Source of the DNA: a virus
Direction: 5' to 3' (one strand)
Virus record (IMG/VR): IMGVR_UViG_3300044644_001556
DNA length: 64,000 nt
Shown here: piece by piece, positions 9,759-18,602 of the stretch
Position numbering within the stretch: the stretch's first letter is position 1
How the letters are laid out: each line of letters starts with the position of its first letter
Notes under the pieces: model-generated
Database searches by the model: none
Seen by the model: the letters and a program-made list of their open reading frames with translations, nothing else
What the model was told of the DNA's origin: nothing
Position numbers and translations under genes: made by a program

Positions 9759-11360
9759 TTACATTTTATGGTATGCGTCTAACCACCATCTAGGAATATG
9801 ATGTTTTGTTTTATTAAATAAGTATTCCCACGATGAATCTAAAATATAACAAACGCCAAAATCATCGTGAGATCGAACTACTCTACCACATCCTTGAATT
9901 ACGTCAGTTAATGCATTTATTAAATACCAATTATTCGACATATCCATTCTTTTTTTAATCCAAGCATCGCCTAAACTACCAAATGCAATTTTAGCGAAAA
10001 TAACGAATCTAGCCCTATCATCGACTAAATCTAAACCTTCAGTAATACTAGGTGATATTAACAAACTTGGTTTTCTACTATTAATATATGCACTAATGAT
10101 TTTATTTCTATTATCTCCTGAACCCGGATTATGATGAAATATTTCATGGGTTCCATTACTTAATTCAGAAACAAGCCATTTAGCAATCTGAAAATTTCCA
10201 GTATGTATAATTCCGCTTTCATCAGTATGTTGTTTTAATAAAAACTTAATATTTTTAATTAAAACCTTACGTTCGTTTATTTTATTTGCATGATCCCAGC
10301 CGTAACTCATTTTCATAGTCGGTTTATATATAACCGGTCTATTATCTTTATTAAATTCGGATTCTAATGAAATAAACGCAGTCTCTTCTAATGGAATATT
10401 TAAATTTTTACACAATTCAGTATAATCGAATATAGTCGACGACATAAACAAAAACTTATCAGCTTTCGGTTCTAAAACGTCGTGAAAATTTTCACGACCG
10501 AATATGTATTTTAATTTAATACTATCGTCATCGCCAGTAACAATAAAATTATCGTATAATTCATCGGTCGTTCTCATCATAAACGAATTAACAGTATTTA
10601 AGTGTTCTGATAATGTAGATAATGTAGTTAATTTATTAATATCTTCCGATGATAATTTTCTTGTATTATCTATTAATTCACATTCATCCGATAATGCGGT
10701 ATATTGCTCATCCATTGATGGCCAATACAATTCTTTAACCCATTTTTGTATATCTTCTATAGTCCGACTCGTAATCCACGGAATCTTATATTTTGTACAA
10801 TTATATTTCGTTATCATCATATTATTAAAATCAGTTAATATTTTTTCCAATTGATGACATTCATCGAAAACCATTAAACTGCGGCGTTCGTATTTTGAAT
10901 TACCGCCAAATAATATTAAACCTAATGTGTAATTTAATACAGTATGGTCTGCATTAATAGCTCTAGTATGGGCGGCTTTACTCGGACATCCGGGGCATGA
11001 TGCTTTAACTATATTACCCATTTCGCAATTACCATTTACCGTATTACAACGATAATAGTTTCTACCGTATAATGATGTAAAATTATTTGACTTAAATGAT
11101 TTTTCGTATTGCTCTTGTAATATTTTCTGAGGTGTTAAAATATATGATGCCAATTGGGATGCATTTAATGTCTTAATCCAATTCGCGTAAGTAACACCCA
11201 ATGCAGATTTACCGGTACCGATCGGTAATTCTAAAAATAAGTATTTTTTATCTGAATTTGATACCATAAAATCAAACGCAGTAATTTGGGAATCTCTAGG
11301 TTGATGGCCTTCCATTGCCCAATGCTCATTTATATTCATACAGCCCTCAATTATTATCAA
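9759..11360 (-). CDS. DinG/Rad3-like SF2 helicase
   Basis: PTG-like PIGTGKS, Cys cluster (Fe-S), FDECH, EGLDL, QGCGRVVRSHDDFG...ILD. Confidence 0.88.
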   Translation of the reverse strand: MIIIEGCMNINEHWAMEGHQPRDSQITAFDFMVSNSDKKYLFLELPIGTGKSALGVTYANWIKTLNASQLASYILTPQKILQEQYEKSFKSNNFTSLYGRNYYRCNTVNGNCEMGNIVKASCPGCPSKAAHTRAINADHTVLNYTLGLILFGGNSKYERRSLMVFDECHQLEKILTDFNNMMITKYNCTKYKIPWITSRTIEDIQKWVKELYWPSMDEQYTALSDECELIDNTRKLSSEDINKLTTLSTLSEHLNTVNSFMMRTTDELYDNFIVTGDDDSIKLKYIFGRENFHDVLEPKADKFLFMSSTIFDYTELCKNLNIPLEETAFISLESEFNKDNRPVIYKPTMKMSYGWDHANKINERKVLIKNIKFLLKQHTDESGIIHTGNFQIAKWLVSELSNGTHEIFHHNPGSGDNRNKIISAYINSRKPSLLISPSITEGLDLVDDRARFVIFAKIAFGSLGDAWIKKRMDMSNNWYLINALTDVIQGCGRVVRSHDDFGVCYILDSSWEYLFNKTKHHIPRWWLDAYHKM

Positions 11361-11472
11361 GTTATAATGTATAATTATAATATATTTTAGTAATTAAATC
11401 AAACATATATTAATTAGTATTATCCGATAACATGTATAATAAATAATAGTTTTATATTTTTAAATTACTACT

Positions 11473-12195
11473 ATGGCTACATTTACTGAATTTCTTATCG
11501 AAAGTGCTTTTAAATATCATCGGCATTTAAACTCAATTGTATGGGAAGATGATACATTAAAACCAGAAATACGAAAAAAATTATTAAAAATCGCAGATGA
11601 ATATTATGAATATTTAGAATTACCCGATTTCCCTATATCCGATATTATTCTTACTGGTAGTTTAGCAAATTATAATTATACTCGATATTCAGATATGGAT
11701 TTGCATATTATATTAGATGTGCCGAAACATCGCGGTAAATCGGATGGTATTGATTTAGAGGATTTATTAGACACTAAAAAGAAATTATGGGGTGAAACTC
11801 ATGAAATTACTATATACAATTACCCAGTTGAATTATACGCACAGTTAAAAAATGAAATTTTAACTGCAACCGGCGTTTATAGTATTAAAAATAATAAGTG
11901 GAATCTTAAACCATCATATTTGCATGATCTTAAAGTCGATGAATATGCAATTAAGATTAAAGCTAAAGCTATTAAGAAAATAATTGATCGCATTGTTTCA
12001 TCTAAAGATGAAGAAGTTGAGTCAATTAAAGCGGTTCAAGACAAAATTAAAAATATGCGCAAGGCGGGATTAAAACAAGCCGGTGAATTTAGTGTTGAAA
12101 ATTTAGTTTTCAAGGAACTAAGAAACTCCGGCTATCTAGATAAATTATCAATTGCGAAAACGAATGCGTTTGATGATGAATTATCGTTAGATTAA
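11473..12195 (+). CDS. Pol-beta-superfamily nucleotidyltransferase
   Basis: LTGSLANYNY...SDMDLH (GS...DxD), VELY, GEFSVENLVFKELR. Confidence 0.8.
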   Translation: MATFTEFLIESAFKYHRHLNSIVWEDDTLKPEIRKKLLKIADEYYEYLELPDFPISDIILTGSLANYNYTRYSDMDLHIILDVPKHRGKSDGIDLEDLLDTKKKLWGETHEITIYNYPVELYAQLKNEILTATGVYSIKNNKWNLKPSYLHDLKVDEYAIKIKAKAIKKIIDRIVSSKDEEVESIKAVQDKIKNMRKAGLKQAGEFSVENLVFKELRNSGYLDKLSIAKTNAFDDELSLD

Positions 12196-12701
12196 AGTTC
12201 TGTTTGTCGGTATGAAATAGTTAAAGATTTGCCTGCAGCTTTAGCTATTTCATCCCAAATCTTTTTATCTTCTACAAATCGCGTTTCAATATGATTAATT
12301 ACATCGAAATTATCAGAAACTTCAAAATCGGAAAAATCTAACGCAGTTTGTGCGAAATGTCTTAAAAAAATTAATTGATCTCGTTTAGACATATTATAAA
12401 ACGAAAAGTCGCGATAATCATCTTCTTTATCACCGAATAGCAAAATATGTTGCATCGCAGCTTCTTCTAAGTATTCATGGTATTCGGATCCGCGGTATGG
12501 ATCTACGAAGTATATCAAATCATCATTTGTTATATCATCTAATTCCTTACCGAATATTGATTTTATTTGATTTTTATTTTTAAAAGTAGCGTAGATTAAA
12601 CCGCTAAATTCACCGTCTACTGTCGTTTCAATTCTAAATTGTATTTTTTTTTCGTTTACTAAATAAACTGATCTGGCATTATTATATCTAAAACTGGACA
12701 T
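12192..12701 (-). CDS. Hypothetical protein
   Basis: ORF with RBS. Confidence 0.6.
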   Translation of the reverse strand: MSSFRYNNARSVYLVNEKKIQFRIETTVDGEFSGLIYATFKNKNQIKSIFGKELDDITNDDLIYFVDPYRGSEYHEYLEEAAMQHILLFGDKEDDYRDFSFYNMSKRDQLIFLRHFAQTALDFSDFEVSDNFDVINHIETRFVEDKKIWDEIAKAAGKSLTISYRQTEL

Positions 12702-12769
12702 GATTTAATTCTCTTTAAAATAATCGTTTAAAATTAAATTATATCATACAATATCCACAATTTCAAGGT

Positions 12770-14728
12770 TTATATATGTAATGAATTAAATCTATGCGCT
12801 TCGATTTTTGGCTTTAAATTATAATTAGATATAACTATCAATTCATTAATATTCATATTTGATATATCGATAAATGATGGTTCCGGTATAATCCTATCTA
12901 TTTTCGGATAATCTTTAATTAATTCTTGTAATTTAATTTTATGAATGTAATAAGAAAATCCATAATTTTCCGCTTCGGCTACAGTCATAGAACTTTCATA
13001 TCGTAATAATAATGGATTTAATCCTAATTCATTAAATACGTCATTATAACATTTATCAAATAACTCTAAATCTGATGGATGTACCATAATAGAATCATGG
13101 ACCGTTGCCGCCGGATATTTTTTATGTTTAAAAAATTCATTAACTACTCGGTTAATAAAAATTTCACTTTCTGCTTGTTGTGTTAATTTTGGTATTATAT
13201 GAATTCCGCCAGCTACATTTAATGCATTGCATAATTTTATTAATTCGGGGTAAACATTACCATATTCTTGCTTTAATGCAGTAAATTGCTTATTATTACT
13301 GAAAAATATCTTCATTGCATCTAATTTAGCAATAGATCGATCCGCATTATTACTATCGGCCATTTTTTCATAAACTACGCCAGTCATAGCATCATTACAA
13401 AACGATTGCAGTAACTTTAAATCAACATTAGCTTCTTTAACTACATTTTTATAATGTTCAAATAATGGTATTTTTAATCCATTAACTTCAATCTCATCGC
13501 ATTTTTTCAATAACTCTTCCGCAACATCTGGATGAGAAACAATAATCGCGATGATCGCCATTTGTGAATTTTTAATATCAACATTAATATACGGTATATT
13601 ATTATGACGAATAAATTTACGTAATTTTGCTGGCGTGTTCGTTAATATCGAATGGAATCGACCGCCAAATATATCTTTATTATTATAATAAAAATTTTTA
13701 TTCGCCTTAGTCTGTTCTATAAATTCAATTAGTTCATTTAATTTTATAATATGCGGATCATTTAATTTTTCCATTAGCTGCGATATCGAACCATCAGTTT
13801 CGTAAAATTCATGCGGTCGATTTTTATAATAATCGTATATTTGTTTTTCATCTATCTGATAAAATAAAGTTTCAACATCGTCCATTAATAACTGATATTT
13901 TATATTATCGATTTGAGATTCTTTTCTCAATCTAGATTTATATTTTGCAATTTTTAATTTAATTTCATATGTTTGATAATCTACAAATCTATGCGTTTTT
14001 TCATTCGGTTGATATAAATGATCTGCTAATTTATAGCATCGCGCTTTATTTGTTCCCGGAGGCGCTCCCGGTATATGCCACCATAAATTATCAGTTTCAA
14101 TATAACCACTATTAATTAATGCTTTTAAATAATATTTACAATCAATATGCGATAACTCAACTAATTCAGAATATTTAACTTGTATCCAACCCTTATTAAT
14201 ATCATTTTCTTGAAAATCATCTTTATTTTTGCGACGATAATTAAATTTTTTATATGAATATTTAGTTGATATCGTATTAATAATAGAATAAGCGATATCT
14301 ATATTAATATTAAATGGTTTTATATGATTTTTATCATAATGCCTTTTAAATCTAAGCATAACAGCCATAATCATATCATCAGTTAAATTAACTGGAATCA
14401 TTGCTCGACTATTCTTAAAATTATGAATTACTTGCAATCGCTCAAAACATCGCTGCGCTTTAGATTTACTTTTATCCGACTCAATAATTTCAGTTTTACA
14501 TAAACCACTAATAACAGAATCAATATAAAACCGTTTAACGTCGTTCGGCGTTTTTAAATTTAATTTCTGAATATCGGCTATATCAAATTTAGTAAAATAA
14601 TTATCCGATATCCATATTTGCTTATGCGGGTTATAAACACTACCATGCTTTTTGTTTACTAATATAAATTGTCCAAACTTAGTAGTAATTTTTAAATCAA
14701 CTAATAATTGATGCTCTTTTAAGTTCAT
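12770..14728 (-). CDS. PolA/T7-RNA-polymerase-fold protein with an upstream winged-helix-like region
   Basis: DIFGGRFH (DxxGR-like), NVDIKNSQ (motif A), RSIAK...IFF (motif B), QQAESEI, TVHDSI (motif C). Confidence 0.65.
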   Translation of the reverse strand: MNLKEHQLLVDLKITTKFGQFILVNKKHGSVYNPHKQIWISDNYFTKFDIADIQKLNLKTPNDVKRFYIDSVISGLCKTEIIESDKSKSKAQRCFERLQVIHNFKNSRAMIPVNLTDDMIMAVMLRFKRHYDKNHIKPFNINIDIAYSIINTISTKYSYKKFNYRRKNKDDFQENDINKGWIQVKYSELVELSHIDCKYYLKALINSGYIETDNLWWHIPGAPPGTNKARCYKLADHLYQPNEKTHRFVDYQTYEIKLKIAKYKSRLRKESQIDNIKYQLLMDDVETLFYQIDEKQIYDYYKNRPHEFYETDGSISQLMEKLNDPHIIKLNELIEFIEQTKANKNFYYNNKDIFGGRFHSILTNTPAKLRKFIRHNNIPYINVDIKNSQMAIIAIIVSHPDVAEELLKKCDEIEVNGLKIPLFEHYKNVVKEANVDLKLLQSFCNDAMTGVVYEKMADSNNADRSIAKLDAMKIFFSNNKQFTALKQEYGNVYPELIKLCNALNVAGGIHIIPKLTQQAESEIFINRVVNEFFKHKKYPAATVHDSIMVHPSDLELFDKCYNDVFNELGLNPLLLRYESSMTVAEAENYGFSYYIHKIKLQELIKDYPKIDRIIPEPSFIDISNMNINELIVISNYNLKPKIEAHRFNSLHI

Positions 14729-14997
14729 ATTTTAAATTTGTAAATTAACTTATTTGTATTATATAGCAATAAAAAATAGAGATCTATACGAGAAAACCAA
14801 ATCAATTAAAGCAATATATTATATTTTAGTGATATTTTGATTTTATAATTAGATAACCTATTGTTTTATATGGATAAAATTAAAGTATTAGTTTTGCTAC
14901 TTATTTCTTGATGATTTTTTAAGGCTGGTTTATAATTCTATTTTAATATCATAAATATTTCACTTTCCAAGATTTTAACAAAAACTGAGACCAATTC

Positions 14998-16908
14998 ATG
15001 AATGAAAAATATCTAGGCATCACTGTCGATTTACAAAGGGACGAAAATTATGGCGAATTTGCATCTGAGTTATTGCGAAAACATTATCTAAACGATTATG
15101 AGACTAGCCCACAACAAGCTTTCGCTAGAGCCTCAACTAATTTTTGTTATGGAGATTATGATTTAGCACAACGGATTTATGGGTACGTATCTAAACAATG
15201 GGCTTGTTTTGCTAGTCCTATTATATCAAATGCTATTGAGGGAGAATGGCAAGGTAAAGTAGGTGCTTGGAATGATACACCGGATCATGTCCATATAAGA
15301 AAAAGTATGTTTGTTACTGATAAACAAGTTAAAGCGATGCCAATTTCTTGTTTTTTACCCGTGGTTCCAGATACTCTTAGAGGACAAATATTAGCGGCCG
15401 AAGAATTAGCTACTCTATCGACTTTGGGTGGCGGTGTTGGTATGTATTTGGGATTAAGAGGTATTACGGATAAAAGTCCGGGCGCGATTCCATATCTAAA
15501 GACTATGGATTCGAATATATTATATTATCATCAAGCAGGGACCCGAAGAGGGTCAGTAGCAGGGTACCTCGACATTACACATCCGGATTTAATTGAGTTT
15601 ATTGGGGCTCGAACACCATCGGGTGGTGATATTAATAGAAAATCATTTAATTCGCATATTGCGGTAAATATAACCGATGCATTCCTTGATGCGTGCGATA
15701 ATAATCTTCCGTGGGATTTAATAGATCCTTATTCGAAAAATGTAACAGCAACAGTTAATGCTAGAGAAGTTTGGCAACAAATCATCGAAACTAGATTTAA
15801 AACTGGCGAACCTTATATTCATTATGTCGATGAATCAAATCGTAGAATGCATCCATCATTAGCAAAAAATGGTCTTAAAATTAATGCATCAAATTTATGT
15901 ACCGAAATTATTATACCAACTAGAGCTGAAACCTATAACATATCAGGCCAAAGTAATCAAGATGGATTAACTGCGGTTTGTTGTTTATCATCATTAAATG
16001 CGGAATATTATGATGAATGGAAAGATACTACTATAGTTGAAGATTTTACTAGATTCTTAGATAACGTTTTACAGTGGTTTATTGATTACGCACCAGAATC
16101 GATATCAAAAGCCGTTCGTTCTGCTAAAGGCGGTAGAGATATCGGATTGGGTTTAATGGGATGGCATAATTATTTGATGAAACATAATATCGCGTTTGAA
16201 TCGGGCGGTGTAGGATCATCAATGCAACACGCATATCAAATAGCAAAAAATAATTATACTAAGGCCGTAAGTGAATCTGAAAAAATGGCAGCTGAGCGGG
16301 GAGAGCCTTTATTTTTAAAAGGATCTAGTCGTAGAAATGCAACGGTTATTGCTATAGCACCTAATGCAAATAGTTCGATTATCGCATTAACTTCAGCATC
16401 AGTTGAACCAATCAAAGCAAATATTTACACACACAGAACTAGAATTGGATCATATGTAATTAAAAACAAATATCTAGATCAACTTATTAAATCTAAAGAT
16501 TGTGATTATGATAAGACTTGGCGTGAAATTACAGCTAATGGCGGTTCAATCCAAAATATAGACGGTATATTTACCGATCATGAAAAAAATGTATTTAAAG
16601 TTGGCGATGAAATTGATATGCGATATGTAATCGACCAAGCTCGTATTAGACAAGAATTTATCGATCAAGCCTCATCAATTAATTTATTTTATAAAGAAGG
16701 CGTTTCAAAACGCACATTAAATCAACATCACCGCAGAGCATTTTCAAGAGATGAAAGTTTACCCGGACATCCATTAAAAACTTTATATTATTTAAGAGCT
16801 GAGAAAAAAGCTAAATTAGAAAATGTATCCGGTAAAATAATTCGCGATGCATTAAAAGATTATGAAAGTCAAGCAACTGATAACGAATGCATTGCTTGTC
16901 AAGCCTAA
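14998..16908 (+). CDS. nrdA: Ribonucleotide reductase class Ia alpha subunit
   Basis: ISCF, SNLCTEI, VCCLSS, APNANSS, TLYY, C-terminal CIAC. Confidence 0.95.
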   Translation: MNEKYLGITVDLQRDENYGEFASELLRKHYLNDYETSPQQAFARASTNFCYGDYDLAQRIYGYVSKQWACFASPIISNAIEGEWQGKVGAWNDTPDHVHIRKSMFVTDKQVKAMPISCFLPVVPDTLRGQILAAEELATLSTLGGGVGMYLGLRGITDKSPGAIPYLKTMDSNILYYHQAGTRRGSVAGYLDITHPDLIEFIGARTPSGGDINRKSFNSHIAVNITDAFLDACDNNLPWDLIDPYSKNVTATVNAREVWQQIIETRFKTGEPYIHYVDESNRRMHPSLAKNGLKINASNLCTEIIIPTRAETYNISGQSNQDGLTAVCCLSSLNAEYYDEWKDTTIVEDFTRFLDNVLQWFIDYAPESISKAVRSAKGGRDIGLGLMGWHNYLMKHNIAFESGGVGSSMQHAYQIAKNNYTKAVSESEKMAAERGEPLFLKGSSRRNATVIAIAPNANSSIIALTSASVEPIKANIYTHRTRIGSYVIKNKYLDQLIKSKDCDYDKTWREITANGGSIQNIDGIFTDHEKNVFKVGDEIDMRYVIDQARIRQEFIDQASSINLFYKEGVSKRTLNQHHRRAFSRDESLPGHPLKTLYYLRAEKKAKLENVSGKIIRDALKDYESQATDNECIACQA

Positions 16909-16916
16909 TATTCATC

Positions 16917-16943
16917 GGGGTTAATGTAAATTAACCCCATTTT
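16917..16943 (+). terminator. Hairpin between nrdA and nrdB
   Basis: GGGGTTAAT/ATTAACCCC followed by ATTTT. Confidence 0.55.
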
Positions 16944-16972
16944 AAATTTATTTTAAATTCATAGGAATAATT

Positions 16973-17929
16973 ATGTCCGTATTAGAACCATCAAAAACAT
17001 ATAAACCATTTAAATATCCATGGGCTGTTGAATTAGCTGAAAAATCAGAACAATTGCACTGGACTCATCAGGAAATTGATTTTAGTGGTGACGTTGCGGA
17101 TTGGCAAAATCATTTAATTCCATCTGAACGGAATTTAATTCATCAAATTCTACGGTTATTTACCGAAAGTGATAAAACCGTTGCTTCAATGTATACAATG
17201 AACCTAATTCCTATTTTTAAAAATAATGAAATTCAACAAATGTTAATTTCATTTGCAGCTAGAGAAGGGATACACCAGCGGGCATATTCGGCCTTAAATT
17301 CGACTTTAAATTTACCTGATACTGATTTCGAGGCTTTCCTAGAATACAAGGAAATGGCCGATAAAATTGATTTTATGGGCGATAATAACACGTCGTCTCA
17401 AACCGGTAAAGCATTATCACTTATTAAAAATATTTTTACTGAAGGGGTCTGTTTATTCAGTTCATTTGTTATGTTAATTAATTTCCAACGATTTGGTAAA
17501 ATGAAAGGAATGGGCGAAGTTAATCGATGGAGTGCATTAGATGAAAATGATCATTGTGATGGTTTGATTTTATTATTTAAACAGTATGTAGAAGAGCATC
17601 CTCGAGTAGTTACAAACGATTTTAAAAAGAATGTTTATGATATGGCTCGAATGGCTTGGCAATTAGAAGAAAAATTTATTGATCTTGCTTTTGAAATGGG
17701 TGATTTAGAAGGTTTAACTAAAGATGAAGTTAAAACCTATTTTAAATATTTAATTGATCGCCGATTAATTAGTATGGGATTTAAAGGTGAATTTGGAGTT
17801 AAAGATAATCCATTGCCATGGTGGGATGAATTAATGGGTACTCCAGAACATGCTAATTTCTTTGAAGCTAAGGTAACATCTTACGTAAAAGGTGGTTTAT
17901 CCGGTAATTGGGCTGAGGCCTGGGATTAA
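16973..17929 (+). CDS. nrdB: Ribonucleotide reductase class Ia beta subunit
   Basis: KPFKYPWA, EGIHQRAY, EGVCLFSSF, DENDH, NFFE. Confidence 0.95.
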   Translation: MSVLEPSKTYKPFKYPWAVELAEKSEQLHWTHQEIDFSGDVADWQNHLIPSERNLIHQILRLFTESDKTVASMYTMNLIPIFKNNEIQQMLISFAAREGIHQRAYSALNSTLNLPDTDFEAFLEYKEMADKIDFMGDNNTSSQTGKALSLIKNIFTEGVCLFSSFVMLINFQRFGKMKGMGEVNRWSALDENDHCDGLILLFKQYVEEHPRVVTNDFKKNVYDMARMAWQLEEKFIDLAFEMGDLEGLTKDEVKTYFKYLIDRRLISMGFKGEFGVKDNPLPWWDELMGTPEHANFFEAKVTSYVKGGLSGNWAEAWD

Positions 17930-17930
17930 T

Positions 17931-18218
17931 ATGTCCAAACAATATAATAAAGTATTCGAATATAAAGGTCGCAAATTTAATATTCAAGTTGTTTTGGAAT
18001 CTAAAGTCGAAAAAAAACTGGATGGTGATGTTTGGCATGAAGTAACGGTTAATGATATGGGCTTTTCTAATTATTATAATCGGGAACTAATATTATCAGA
18101 TGATTTACCGAGATATATCAAAGCACGGATTGAAGATATTAAATCATTTGTAGATAAACCACTAAATGTATCAAAAACCGAACAAATCTTGTTAGATTTA
18201 GGATTTGAAACATTTTAG
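17931..18218 (+). CDS. Hypothetical protein
   Basis: Start re-placed at ATG 17931, just after the nrdB stop. Confidence 0.6.
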   Translation: MSKQYNKVFEYKGRKFNIQVVLESKVEKKLDGDVWHEVTVNDMGFSNYYNRELILSDDLPRYIKARIEDIKSFVDKPLNVSKTEQILLDLGFETF

Positions 18219-18229
18219 TAATAAAAAGC

Positions 18230-18259
18230 TTGACTAATGAGCTGCGATTATAATATAAT
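18230..18259 (+). promoter_or_regulatory. Sigma70-type promoter for the RNA cluster and Ro-like gene
   Basis: TTGACT-N18-TATAAT; the predicted start (about 18265) coincides with the first base of stem unit 1. Confidence 0.7.
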
Positions 18260-18264
18260 TATTC

Positions 18265-18340
18265 TGAAGTAAAGAGATTCCATCAGCAACCTATACAAAT
18301 TTCACTTCAAATTGAAAACTAGTAGTGAATCTCGACTTCA
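18265..18340 (+). ncRNA. Putative small RNA unit 1 (AGATT-N4-CAGCAA family)
   Basis: TGAAGT/ACTTCA and GAGATTC/GAATCTC closing stems; CAGCAA at 18284-18289; inner hairpin TTTCA-CTTCAAAT-TGAAA. Confidence 0.6.
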
Positions 18341-18438
18341 TAGATTTGGAAACGATACATAATAACTTAAAGTTAAGTATGTACCAAATCGAATAATCTT
18401 GTATAAGATTATCGCAGCAATACAATATTTCGAAACTA
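18341..18438 (+). ncRNA. Putative small RNA unit 2 (permuted arrangement)
   Basis: GATTTGG/CCAAATC hairpin, then ATAATCTT-GTAT-AAGATTAT hairpin, then CG-CAGCAA (18415-18420). Confidence 0.45.
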
Positions 18439-18439
18439 A

Positions 18440-18515
18440 GCGATGTTAAGATTCTAACAGCAATCATTTTATATCCGGCATTTTAAACCCAGACTAAAAA
18501 AATGAATCTTATCGC
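18440..18515 (+). ncRNA. Putative small RNA unit 3 (AGATT-N4-CAGCAA family)
   Basis: GCGA/TCGC and TAAGATTC/GAATCTTA closing stems; CAGCAA at 18458-18463; inner TCCGG-CATTTTAAAC-CCAGA. Same 76-nt length as unit 1. Confidence 0.6.
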
Positions 18516-18524
18516 ATTTATTAT

Positions 18525-18575
18525 AGAAGCTATTATATTGATATTGTCGACGATATTCGGTATAATAGCTTTTTT
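18525..18575 (+). terminator. Long hairpin (terminator, attenuator or processing site)
   Basis: AAGCTATTATA/TATAATAGCTT stem extended by G-U pairs to about 20 bp, followed by a T-run. Confidence 0.6.
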
Positions 18576-18602
18576 ATTGTTTTATTAATTGGAGATAATA
18601 TT

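Noticed and set aside
18265-18515. tRNA genes
   Set aside because: The units are tRNA-sized but lack D and T arms (no GTTCRA) and a CCA acceptor end.
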